A program made the translations under genes and the position numbers. The notes under the pieces were generated by a model, which saw nothing but the letters and a program-made list of their open reading frames with translations, was not told the origin of the DNA and did no database searches. Shown here piece after piece: positions 1-9,786 of a stretch of DNA of 64,000 bases. Origin of the DNA: an uncultured Bacilli bacterium (GTDB lineage Bacteria; Bacillota_I; Bacilli_A; RFN20; CAG-449); assembly GCA_947588815.1 (NCBI GenBank), contig CANQAG010000001.1, forward strand, positions 65,038 to 129,037, written 5' to 3'. Each line of letters starts with the position of its first letter. Positions within the stretch are counted from its first letter, which is position 1.

Positions 1-43
1 AACCTATTAACATCATCGCCATTAAAAGTTTTGCTTTTTTCAT
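1..43 (-). CDS. N-terminus of a secreted/lipoprotein-like protein (MKKAKLLMAMMLIG...). Partial: it continues beyond the window start.
   Basis: ATG at 43 is preceded by AAGGAGG (revcomp of 46-52). The N-terminus is hydrophobic and signal-peptide-like. The rest of the gene lies outside the window. Confidence 0.4.
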   Translation of the reverse strand, partial: MKKAKLLMAMMLIG

Positions 44-317
44 GTTTTCCTCCTTAAATATGCTCACTTAATATGAAAATAAGCTCAATATTGATTTTAT
101 TCCTTGAAGCGTTAAAAAAGCGTTTATTTAGTTTGAATTTAAAAAAAAAAAAAATAAAATTTTTTGTTAAGTAAAAAAATTATTTTATAAATAAATAGGA
201 TCAAATTTATTATTATTTAATAACTTTAGTTTTGAAATAAATAGTGCAAAAGCTATTATATTCTTTTCTCAATAGTAAAAGAGTTTGCATTATTCAGCAA
301 ATTCTTTTACTTATTTT

Positions 318-1127
318 TTATATTTTTAAATCATCATTATTTAAACTATTATCTTTATTTAATAACAAGTTTTCAAAAAACATAATTAAATACTTATTTG
401 TTTCTTTAATGCCTTTACTATAATTAGTATAATTTGCTCTTACTAAAGCATTTCTAAAATATAAAGCATTTTCTTTAAATAATTCATTATTAATATTAAA
501 TCCTATACTTACTAAATATTTTTGAATAAATACAGCAGTTGTTCTAGTATTTCCTTTTTGAAATGGATGTACTTGCCATACTCTAGAGGTAAATTTAACA
601 ATTCTATTTATTAATTCTTCTTCATTAAATTTACTATAATCCATTTCTTTTTCTTCATTAAAATCATACTTTAAAGTTTCTTCAATTAAATCAAACGATT
701 GATATTGAACTGTATCGCCATGAAGTATAGGTTCATCTTTTGTAAAATTATAAGTTCTAAATACTCTAGGATTATATTTGTCTTTATCTAAATTAGCAAA
801 TAGTCTTTTATGATAATTTTTAAAAGTAAGAAAATCAAATCTAAATGATTTATCACTTAATATTTCATATATAGCAGTTGCAACTTCATCTGCTTCTTCT
901 TCGTCATCATCGTGATTATCCTTATTTTTACTATAATAGGAAGTTATTTTATTTTGAACTTCTCGATAAGTCTTTTTACCATGAATATGTTCTTCAGATA
1001 GTTACTTCATGTATTTAGAAGGTTTTAATCCATCGACATCTTGAAGACCAAATGCTATATTCCAATATAACCGTTTTACTTTAGGATCGCTTTCTTCTTG
1101 GACTTTATCATAATTTTTTTCATCCAT
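318..1127 (-). pseudogene. Fic/Doc (Fido) family protein gene interrupted by an in-frame TAA at 1002-1004
   Basis: ATG at 1127 with AGGAGG 8 nt upstream. The frame reads MDEKNYDKVQEESDPKVKRLYWNIAFGLQDVDGLKPSKYMK-stop-LSEEHIHGKK... and runs without shift into the 108-aa ORF 318..644, which carries a Fic-like motif HPFQKGNTRTTA. It is the same frame on both sides, so this is a nonsense change, not a frameshift. Confidence 0.55.
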
Positions 1128-1471
1128 AGAATTGCCTCCTTTTTACATTTATTGTATCAAATTTTACAAGAATAATCACTATTAAGACTTATGTCTTGAA
1201 ATTCACCATCCGTCAAAAAATTTGCCGTTAATGTTGCATTTACAATATTCTTTTTTTCTTGTGTAAGTACAAATTTGCAAAGAGGCTTACCGATTACTTC
1301 TCCCTTTTATAATTTTTTAGGTTCGCTAAAAAGGCCATTTTCTTTAGAAATGGATGTTAAGAGTTTCTTTCTTCTAATATTTTTAAGCAAAAATAATCGT
1401 AATTTTTAAATTATATCTTCTTTACGAGTACATTAAAAATCCCGTTTTGTAAAATCCTCACTATAATTGGT

Positions 1472-3475
1472 TTAAATATACGAATTACGATAAGTTTTAG
1501 CCCACTTAGTATATTTAAATTCTAAGTTTTCTTCACCGCTTACTGCGACGCCATTCATATAATACGGAGACGTTAATCCTAATCCGCGTACTTTCAAAGA
1601 ATTGTTGCCATCACAAGTTACTTCAACAGTACCGCTAGTAAAGTTACAATACACTTTTGATCTTTTTAACATTTCTCTTAAAGCATTTCCGATTGGGTGA
1701 GTTTGATTTTTCGCATTATGAGTGGCATCACCACGATCCACTAATGCAGTGGAAACAACCATTATCGAAGGGTTGAGGCTAGAAAGAATTTTACTGCTAT
1801 TAGAAGTAGTAGAACCATGGTGAGATGCTTTTGCCAAATCCACTTTTTCAGTTTCTTTTTTATCAACTAATACCGATTCTCCTTCACTCTCTAAATCTCC
1901 GGCAAAATAATACTTTTGATTCTTATATTTCATAATGAAAGCCACTGATGTTAAATTGTAATTAAATGAAGAATCACCCCCAAAATCACTTGATGGTTCT
2001 TCGTAATAACCGGTATCCAAAAAAGTGATGCTGAAATCTTCAGCGATATATAGCGTTTTTAAAGCGCCGTTAGCTTCTTTAATGCAATCTGTTATAGGTG
2101 CATATTTATCGGCTTTTTTAAATAAATTGCGAACATTTGCTACTAGTGAATAATCGCTTCTTTGATATCCATAATCAACTGCATAAGTGATATTTTTAAT
2201 TGTGGATAAAGCCGTTGTCATTCCTCCGATATGATCGCTATGAGCATGAGTGGCAACTAAACATTCCAATCGTCCATCACTGACATTGCGACGTAAGAAG
2301 TCGTTTACGTATCCACCATCTTCGCTATCACCGGCGTCGATTAGCATATCAAAATCACCGGCCTTGATATAAATTGAATCTCCATATTGGCGATGCATTT
2401 CAATAAAGTATATTTTCACATCGTCAATCGCTTTACGACCTTTGTATAAAGGATTGGTTTTAGTCCCTAATGTCCCGGTTCCGGTAACTTTAGGAATCGC
2501 TAAAAAGTCAAACGTTAAGGTTGAATAAACTTCTTTTTGATATGCCAAAGAAACCGTGATGGTAACGCTAGTATCAATTGTGACATCATAATAAGTTCCG
2601 TCGTGACCGATTACATTTGGTTTATTGCTTTCATAGCTAAATGACAATCGTGGCGATACGATAGTGTTAACGTAAAAATATAAATCATCCGAAACATATT
2701 CAATATCTTCATAACAATCATTTATAAAATCGATACCTTGTTGTTTTATCAATGCTTCAGAGCCATCATGGTCATCGTTTTTATCTGGTACTGGATGAGA
2801 TTCGACGACCTTTAAAGCATCTTTATCATCGAGGAAAGTAAGCAAACTGTATGCCTCAGATATCGTAGATTTTTTTAGCTTTGCAATATCTTTAAGATTA
2901 AGTTCAATCGAAAAGATTTTTTCATTTGTAATATCGAAATATATAGTGTAATCAATTTTGCTATTAAAATAATAATTTTCATACTTATCATTAAAGAAGC
3001 CACTTGCTACGATAAAGGAGCGAACAACACCGGGACAAGAAGAAGCATCTACAGAACCACTTATATGATCGGAAGATAACGTTTTGTTTTTAGCGTCGTT
3101 AAAAATATTTTGATATCCTAAAAAATTCCATATTTCATTGACATCATAATCGCTTTGATAACTATTATCGTCAGTGATAATAGTTATCGATTCATTATCA
3201 AAATATTCTTCTGCAACGACATTATTACTAGTAAAACTTGAAGCATAAACTTCTATGTTGCTATAGGTTTTTAAACTATCTCCGTTTTTGGAAAGATACG
3301 TTGTCTTCTTTCCAGTAGTACTTAAATCAACGGTGAAAGTATTATCGACCACTAATTTGTTTAAAGTTTCATATTTTTCAATAATATCGTTTGCTTTGTT
3401 AGAATTATTATTTTCGCTTAACGAACAGGCACTTACTAATAAGAGCAGCGGAAGTAGAAAAATGTGTTTTCGCAT
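1472..3475 (-). CDS. lipoprotein with C-terminal ComEC-type metallo-beta-lactamase-fold hydrolase domain
   Basis: Signal peptide plus lipobox LLLLVSAC|S. C-terminal MBL motifs: DAGD...ATHAHSDHIGG (HxHxDH) and ...ASHHGS. RBS AGAGGT upstream. Confidence 0.7.
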   Translation of the reverse strand: MRKHIFLLPLLLLVSACSLSENNNSNKANDIIEKYETLNKLVVDNTFTVDLSTTGKKTTYLSKNGDSLKTYSNIEVYASSFTSNNVVAEEYFDNESITIITDDNSYQSDYDVNEIWNFLGYQNIFNDAKNKTLSSDHISGSVDASSCPGVVRSFIVASGFFNDKYENYYFNSKIDYTIYFDITNEKIFSIELNLKDIAKLKKSTISEAYSLLTFLDDKDALKVVESHPVPDKNDDHDGSEALIKQQGIDFINDCYEDIEYVSDDLYFYVNTIVSPRLSFSYESNKPNVIGHDGTYYDVTIDTSVTITVSLAYQKEVYSTLTFDFLAIPKVTGTGTLGTKTNPLYKGRKAIDDVKIYFIEMHRQYGDSIYIKAGDFDMLIDAGDSEDGGYVNDFLRRNVSDGRLECLVATHAHSDHIGGMTTALSTIKNITYAVDYGYQRSDYSLVANVRNLFKKADKYAPITDCIKEANGALKTLYIAEDFSITFLDTGYYEEPSSDFGGDSSFNYNLTSVAFIMKYKNQKYYFAGDLESEGESVLVDKKETEKVDLAKASHHGSTTSNSSKILSSLNPSIMVVSTALVDRGDATHNAKNQTHPIGNALREMLKRSKVYCNFTSGTVEVTCDGNNSLKVRGLGLTSPYYMNGVAVSGEENLEFKYTKWAKTYRNSYI

Positions 3476-3579
3476 AATATTACCTCTTATTTAGTTTACC
3501 ATAATGACAAGATTCAAACAATAAAGCAAATTAAAAAATCCCCGTGTTTGAACACGAGGATTTAAAAGTTCAATAAAGC

Positions 3580-4608
3580 CTATTCGGCTGAAACAATACC
3601 CATGACGCAACCTCTCCAAACATGGTCTTTATTGTAAGAGTTTACGGCAAAAATAATATTTACAGGTTTATCTAAATAATCAGCTAAATGATTAAATTCC
3701 GGCATACCAGTATTACTTTGACCGGAATATAAATTTATTTTCGGATCACCATTTGCACCATATACTTGGTCATCTTTAAAATCGTAGATAGCCATTGTAG
3801 TATATGTTGTTGTATATTTGTTAATACGAATATTTTCCATATAATATACTTTACCAACACTTGTATCACCGGTATCTGCGGCGATTTCAGCGACGGTTTT
3901 CTTTTCAAAACTATTCACATTGAAATCAATAGTTGCATTATTTCCAACAACCTCAACTAATTCTGGAGAACCAAGTTGTGTGACATAAGTAACAGTTGTA
4001 GGATAATTAGCAGTTGAACCTCTGACGATAACATCATCACCTAATGCAACTTTTTGAGCAGTCTGAGAACCATAAACATATATAGCGGCATCGGCATCGG
4101 CAATATAGAATCCACCTGGCGTAGTGTAGCTTGCACTAGAGCAAACTAATTGAGTAACAACACCTCTAACAGTAACGCTAGTTCCAGTAGCAGCATTTAA
4201 AGCATCTGAAATAGAAATATAATCCGGTAATACTTTTTGGCTAACAGTGACGTTAAATTCTCTAAAGTTTGAATATGTTCCTTTAGTAGCGGTTGCTTTT
4301 AAAATGACAGCAACATCGTTTTCAGCTTGAGTGACAACAGCATTGCTTCCTTCAATTTTAATAGCAGCATTATTAGATTCCCAAGAAATTTGAACATTTC
4401 CTGCTCCAATAGTCACCAATGAAAAATTTTTAGTAACCGTACTTTCAACGTTAAGCGCAGCTAAAGCGTTATTTACCATTTCGGCATTTGGATCAGTTTC
4501 CGATGTTTGATTACCACCGGAAGAAGTACTATCGCTTGAATTATTTCCACAAGCAACAAGAGTAAGAGCCATTAATGCGGCAGCAGTTAATTTTAAATAC
4601 TTTTTCAT
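3580..4608 (-). CDS. lipoprotein with OB-fold (nucleic-acid-binding-like) domain
   Basis: ATG at 4608 (MKKYLKLTAAALMALTLVAC|GNN), preceded by AAGGAG. The 4650 start in the ORF track is likely an alternative-codon artefact. The region VRGVVTQLV...GGFYIADADAAIYVYGS...GDDVIVRG resembles the OB-fold domains of extracellular nucleases. Confidence 0.6.
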   Translation of the reverse strand: MKKYLKLTAAALMALTLVACGNNSSDSTSSGGNQTSETDPNAEMVNNALAALNVESTVTKNFSLVTIGAGNVQISWESNNAAIKIEGSNAVVTQAENDVAVILKATATKGTYSNFREFNVTVSQKVLPDYISISDALNAATGTSVTVRGVVTQLVCSSASYTTPGGFYIADADAAIYVYGSQTAQKVALGDDVIVRGSTANYPTTVTYVTQLGSPELVEVVGNNATIDFNVNSFEKKTVAEIAADTGDTSVGKVYYMENIRINKYTTTYTTMAIYDFKDDQVYGANGDPKINLYSGQSNTGMPEFNHLADYLDKPVNIIFAVNSYNKDHVWRGCVMGIVSAE

Positions 4609-4625
4609 ATTTTTCTCCTTTTTTA

Positions 4626-6215
4626 TTAATCTACTTTTACAATATCCCAACTTAATGAACCATCATCGAGAACTTTACGATTTCCAGGTACCATTTGATA
4701 AGATGGGTAATTTTGGTCTGATTGCATATCCATTTCGAAGTAAATTGATAAGATGCCAACAACACTTACTGTACTCTTTGTAAAGTCGCTAATCTCATCA
4801 TAGGTATATTCCGGAGCTAACGTTCCGTTAAAGCGAATACCCATTGTACCATATGACGATAAAGTAATGGCTTCATCATTTTCATCATAATAAGTAACTT
4901 TTTTACTACCATTTAAAGTAAATGATTTGTCCTTACTTTGGCTGCCTTTTGTACTTGTTGACATTTTTGTAACTTTAACTAATTTACCAAGCAATGGATC
5001 AAGTTTTTTAGCATCGAAATCAGATTCGGAAATTTCAATAATGTCCGGCATTGGAATCATATCATTTTCATTAGTAATCTTAGTAAATGTCGATTTATCC
5101 CATACGATGTCTGACATTTGTTTTTGCCCACCATATTCGGCAAGTCTACCACGAATTTCAATCGTATCACCGACTGAGAATAAGCTTCCGATGGATTTAC
5201 CATTAATACCCATATAGACATATAATGGATATCCGGCTGCATCTTCAAAGTAGAAGTTATTGCCGATAAATGCAGTAATGACACCTGTCAAGGCGATGAA
5301 TTTGCCTTGATTCATGTATTCATCCCAATTTTCGTAAGCGTCTTTAATCGATTCTTTCCGATTTTCACATCGATATGGGGTCTTAGAATAGTCATAATTT
5401 GGATCTTTTTCATTACCGGTGTAACGTTTTTCCAAAGTACTCATTCTTAATTCCGCTTCAAATAGGACATCCTTCATTTTTAAAGAACCATATTCGTAGC
5501 GACTATAAAGCTTTGGTTCGTTTTCTTCATCTGCAAAGTATACATATCCGGTTTCTCCAAGATTTCCGGTATAGAATGAATAGCATTCTTCGATTACATC
5601 TAATTGTAAACTACGATAACTATGTAAATCATCCGGATTACCTCCATCTGGACAATACCAAATTAAGGCCAACCAACGAGTACCGTTGCTATCTAAACGG
5701 GCACCTGCTTGATATTTAGATTCTTGAGTTGGGTATACGTTTGTATCGCTAGTATCGATTGAACTTGCATCTACAATGATACCTTCAGCATTTTCTAATA
5801 ATCCACGGACATAGTTCGATGCTTTTTTACCCCAGGCAGCGATTGAAGATGTCGATTCCGGAGTATCGATAGCTAAGAAACGAACTGTCAAATATGAATG
5901 TGGAGTTTTTAATGGGTTAGTATAACTATCTTCTTCTCCATTTGCTAAGTGGAAGACAGCCGTATCCCCATCGGTTACTGATTTAAGTTTTAATTTTGCA
6001 ACTCCATTTTCCATAAAATAGTTGTTCTCTTCAGTGAGAGAATACCCTAAATTAGCAAATGAGACCCGATCAGAATAATAATGGTCATACTCAGTTGGAA
6101 GATTATCAATCGGACTTTCAACACTGGTTTCATTATTATCTTTATTTCCACAAGAAGCAAGACCGATTAAGGTTGCAAAAGTGAGCAATACTGTTAATAA
6201 ATTCTTTGCTTTCAT
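4626..6215 (-). CDS. lipoprotein with N-terminal staphylococcal-nuclease (SNase/thermonuclease) domain and C-terminal OB-fold
   Basis: Lipobox LIGLASC|GN. SNase catalytic motifs: DGDTAVF ... VRFLAIDTPES. C-terminal OB-like segment GVITAFIGNNFYFEDAAGYPLYVYMG...GDTIEIRG. Confidence 0.7.
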   Translation of the reverse strand: MKAKNLLTVLLTFATLIGLASCGNKDNNETSVESPIDNLPTEYDHYYSDRVSFANLGYSLTEENNYFMENGVAKLKLKSVTDGDTAVFHLANGEEDSYTNPLKTPHSYLTVRFLAIDTPESTSSIAAWGKKASNYVRGLLENAEGIIVDASSIDTSDTNVYPTQESKYQAGARLDSNGTRWLALIWYCPDGGNPDDLHSYRSLQLDVIEECYSFYTGNLGETGYVYFADEENEPKLYSRYEYGSLKMKDVLFEAELRMSTLEKRYTGNEKDPNYDYSKTPYRCENRKESIKDAYENWDEYMNQGKFIALTGVITAFIGNNFYFEDAAGYPLYVYMGINGKSIGSLFSVGDTIEIRGRLAEYGGQKQMSDIVWDKSTFTKITNENDMIPMPDIIEISESDFDAKKLDPLLGKLVKVTKMSTSTKGSQSKDKSFTLNGSKKVTYYDENDEAITLSSYGTMGIRFNGTLAPEYTYDEISDFTKSTVSVVGILSIYFEMDMQSDQNYPSYQMVPGNRKVLDDGSLSWDIVKVD

Positions 6216-6230
6216 ATTTTCACCATCCGT

Positions 6231-7769
6231 TTATTCGATAACTTGAACATTAATCTTGTAGTCTCTTAATGATTGATAGGCAACTTGCATGGCACTATCA
6301 ATAGTTGCACCATTACAATAAATGGTTTGAACCATTAAATCGACAACGTCACGAACTAGCGAAGATCCTTGGAATGCGGGATCAGTGTAGAAATATGATT
6401 GTTGTGAATAAGCAGAATTAATAGCCTTAGCGGTATCGCCACCGAAGATAGAATTTGCATCTGCTAAGAATTCTTGGAATTCATCGCTATTGAGTGCACT
6501 TTTTCTTACCGGTAAGTAACCGGTTTTCATTGAAAATTGAGAAGTGATATCAGTAGAAGTTAAATAACGGATTAATAGCCACGCTGCTAAACGAGTGTAG
6601 TTATTGGAATTGTTCTTTAAAATCGCGGCATTAGTGCCTTGTTGAATAACGGCTTGAACGCCTTCTTCATATGATTTTTGTGGGATTGGAGCAACTTTCA
6701 TCTCGTATTTAGTCGACGCATTGTTATTAACGCCGGCAGTTGATCCGATTGAAATGAAGGCTTCATTGTTAACCATCATGTTAGAACCATAGCCTTGGTT
6801 AACTTTTGCCGGAAGGTTCCATAAACCAGCTTCTGCTTTTTCCATAAAGTAAGCTTGAACTTGTCTTGTAACCGCGTTATCAAAGACAACAGTTCCGTTG
6901 CCGTTAGCATCTACTCTAGTATAAACAGCTTGATCTTTATTATTAGACCATTGACGAGCAGTGGTAATAAAGAAGTTTGCTTCCGAATCAATATAAACCG
7001 GATAATCAGATTTTTTGGCAGTAATAGTAGCCGTCTTACCATCAGCATTGTACTTCCAGGAACAAGTGCCATTGGCAACCTTTTCTTTTAAAGTAGAAGC
7101 GACGGTCCAAAGTTCATCCCAAGTTGGAGTATCCCATTGACCATCAGTCGTTAACCATCCGTTAGCTTCAAGAATCGGATCGACGACGGAGGCGTTATAG
7201 TACATTACTTCAGTAGATTTATTAAATGGAATCCCAGCGACGATGTTTTTACCATCTTTTGAAACCATTTGGTTTTCAGCCCAGTATGAAGGGACAAAAT
7301 CATTTGCAACTTCGTCATTAGTAAATCCTATTTCGGCATCTGAAGAACCGATATAGTCATCCAATGGTAATAAAATATCATTGGCGATATAATCGGCGAA
7401 GTGATCAGGATAACCTAAAATCATTGTCGGAATAGAGTTGGTTTTTGTACCTTGATTAACACGAGCTCTAAGTCCATCATAACCACCGCCGATAGATTTA
7501 GCATTGACAGTGATGTAAATACCTTGATCTTCCATTTCTTTTTGGAAATCTTCAATCAAAGGATCTAAATGTTGAGAAATGTTGTGACCAAATGAATGCC
7601 AAAACTCAACCTTAACCGGATTATCTTTAGTCGCACGTTCTTTTAGTTGTTGAATCGAATAAACTTTAAAGTCTTCACCGGCATTCTCAACACTAGAGTC
7701 GTTACACGAGGTAAGAGCCGGTAACAAGAGTACTGCTAATGCTGGAATAATAATTTTTTTTCTAAGCAT
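6231..7769 (-). CDS. ABC transporter substrate-binding lipoprotein (family 1 / CUT1-type, unusually large at 512 aa)
   Basis: Lipobox LLPALTSC|ND. It heads a MalF/MalG/MalK-like three-gene set. RBS GAAAGGAA. Confidence 0.8.
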   Translation of the reverse strand: MLRKKIIIPALAVLLLPALTSCNDSSVENAGEDFKVYSIQQLKERATKDNPVKVEFWHSFGHNISQHLDPLIEDFQKEMEDQGIYITVNAKSIGGGYDGLRARVNQGTKTNSIPTMILGYPDHFADYIANDILLPLDDYIGSSDAEIGFTNDEVANDFVPSYWAENQMVSKDGKNIVAGIPFNKSTEVMYYNASVVDPILEANGWLTTDGQWDTPTWDELWTVASTLKEKVANGTCSWKYNADGKTATITAKKSDYPVYIDSEANFFITTARQWSNNKDQAVYTRVDANGNGTVVFDNAVTRQVQAYFMEKAEAGLWNLPAKVNQGYGSNMMVNNEAFISIGSTAGVNNNASTKYEMKVAPIPQKSYEEGVQAVIQQGTNAAILKNNSNNYTRLAAWLLIRYLTSTDITSQFSMKTGYLPVRKSALNSDEFQEFLADANSIFGGDTAKAINSAYSQQSYFYTDPAFQGSSLVRDVVDLMVQTIYCNGATIDSAMQVAYQSLRDYKINVQVIE

Positions 7770-7842
7770 ACTTAAATTCCTTTCTTCTCAAATTCCTTTC
7801 GGCTTAAATTCCGCTTGAGAAAACGTATTTTATAAAAAGGAA

Positions 7843-8727
7843 TTACCCTTTTATACCTGAACGAGCCACACCTCTCATGATGTGTTTTTTGAAACAAGCA
7901 AAAGCGATTAATAATGGCAAACTAACCACAGTCGTCGCCGCCATAATTTGATGGTCAGATGTGCCACCGACTTCATTTTGGAATAGATACATCAAACCAT
8001 CAGTAACCAACTTCATATCAGCTTCAACACAAACTGAACGAGGCCATAAGTAAGCGTTCCATGAACCAATCATCGCTAATATAGTAATTGTGATAATTGA
8101 TGGACGCGCAATTGGAAGCATGACCTTCCAAAGGTATTTAAAGTCGGAATTGCCATCTACCTTAGCGGCATAATATAGTTCATCGGGAATTTGTTTGAAG
8201 TTTTGTCTCAAGAAGAATATATAGAATACTGAAGCAACAAACGGGACAACTAACGCTTGATAGGTATCTAACCACCCGAGTCGTGCAATTGTCGTAAAGT
8301 TTGTCATAATCATCATTTCGCCAGGTACCATCATCGTTGTAAGCAATAAGGCAAAGATGATATCACGTCCTTTAAATTCAAGACGTGAAAAAGCGAAAGA
8401 TGCAAGAATCGTAATTACTACTTCAAATATAGTCGTTAAGATACCTACTAAAACAGTGTTTCCGATATAGCGGAGTAAAATGGCATTTTCACCGCTAAAA
8501 ACATTAATGTAGTTTTGGAAAGTCGGTTGAAGTGGAATAAATGTTGCAGGAATTCTTTGTACTTCTTCCGCCGTCTTAAACGAAGTCGCTAACATCCAAT
8601 AGAACGGTATTAAAGTAAATAATGCACAAATTGTTAAGAAAAAGTAAACGAAGAAAAGTCTGACTTTTCTAATACGCTCGTATTTTTTGGCTTGCTCATC
8701 ACTAGCAAAGTAAAGTTCTTTTTCCAT
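7843..8727 (-). CDS. ABC transporter permease (MalG-like, CUT1 family)
   Basis: Six-TM permease with EAA-loop region YAAKVDGNSDFKYLWKVMLPIARP. RBS AGGAGGT. Confidence 0.85.
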   Translation of the reverse strand: MEKELYFASDEQAKKYERIRKVRLFFVYFFLTICALFTLIPFYWMLATSFKTAEEVQRIPATFIPLQPTFQNYINVFSGENAILLRYIGNTVLVGILTTIFEVVITILASFAFSRLEFKGRDIIFALLLTTMMVPGEMMIMTNFTTIARLGWLDTYQALVVPFVASVFYIFFLRQNFKQIPDELYYAAKVDGNSDFKYLWKVMLPIARPSIITITILAMIGSWNAYLWPRSVCVEADMKLVTDGLMYLFQNEVGGTSDHQIMAATTVVSLPLLIAFACFKKHIMRGVARSGIKG

Positions 8728-8739
8728 GATAGTTACCTC

Positions 8740-9786
8740 CTAATAATGAACCTTTTTCTTATTTGCCCACATTTGAATACCTGTGATAGCTAAAATAAAT
8801 AAGAATAAGATAACCGCAGCTGCCGAAGCTCTAGATAGAACCCATGAAATATTGTCGTGAACAACTCTATTGAAATATTTATAAATATAACCAACGGCGG
8901 TGATAAATGTTTCATTTTGTCCGTTACCCATAGATTCACCGAATAACGAAACGACTGATGAATAAGATTTAAAAGCACCCATCATCGAAGTGATTGTAAT
9001 ATATAAAATCATTGGCGATAATAGTGGAACCGTAATTTTTGTGAAAACTCTCCATCTTGGAGTAGCGTCAACTTGAGCTGCTTGGTAGTATTGTTTATCA
9101 ATACCTTGAATACCAGATAAGAATACTAATATTTTAAAAGCCAAGCCATTCCAAATTGCGTATACTGTAATAACGAAAAGTCCTGCCCAATAAGGAATAT
9201 TTGTAGTACCGGTCCATCCTACAGACGAAATGCCTACTGCATTTAATAAGGTGTTAACAAGACCATAATCCATCGGTGAGAAAATTGTCGCAAAGACAAG
9301 ACCGAAAGCAATACCATTTGTTACATATGGTAAGAAGAAGATAATTTGAAAAAATCCTTGTAATTTTTTAATCGAATTTAATAAGACAGTAATGATCAAT
9401 GCAATCAATATAGAAAGCGGGACTGAAACAATGACCATCAAAGCCGTATTTCCCATCGCTCTCCAGAAAGTAGCGTCTTGCAAAACTAAGGCATACGAAT
9501 CAAAACCAAAACTTCCAAATTCATCTGTGACATAGTTATAGTCGGGGAAGAAAGATACTAAGAAGGTATTTAAAATAGGATAGAAAGTAAACACCGCTAA
9601 AATTATTAACGCCGGCGCCAAACATACCGTCGCTTTCCAACCATCCTTTTTCCATTCAAGCATCTGCGTTTTATTCGACGAACCCGCCTTTTTGGCGGCT
9701 TTTTCGGAAATTTTACTTCCTATTTTTTTGAAAAAATTTCCAACGTTAGCCCAAAAAGTCGGTTTTTTTGCTTCTTCGTGTTCCAT
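8740..9786 (-). CDS. ABC transporter permease (MalF-like, CUT1 family)
   Basis: Polytopic permease. Its start overlaps the stop of the ATPase gene (TAATG). Confidence 0.85.
   Translation of the reverse strand: MEHEEAKKPTFWANVGNFFKKIGSKISEKAAKKAGSSNKTQMLEWKKDGWKATVCLAPALIILAVFTFYPILNTFLVSFFPDYNYVTDEFGSFGFDSYALVLQDATFWRAMGNTALMVIVSVPLSILIALIITVLLNSIKKLQGFFQIIFFLPYVTNGIAFGLVFATIFSPMDYGLVNTLLNAVGISSVGWTGTTNIPYWAGLFVITVYAIWNGLAFKILVFLSGIQGIDKQYYQAAQVDATPRWRVFTKITVPLLSPMILYITITSMMGAFKSYSSVVSLFGESMGNGQNETFITAVGYIYKYFNRVVHDNISWVLSRASAAAVILFLFILAITGIQMWANKKKVHY

Noticed and set aside
3288-3494. Numerous 60-120-aa ORFs on the opposite strand of long genes (e.g. 3288..3494, 3766..3960, 4927..5217, 5399..5719, 15685..15936, 18224..18580, 46430..47179, 61035..61320)
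   Set aside because: They lie entirely inside well-supported longer genes on the other strand. They lack RBSs, and they have low-complexity or hydrophobic artefactual translations typical of antisense frames in AT-rich DNA.
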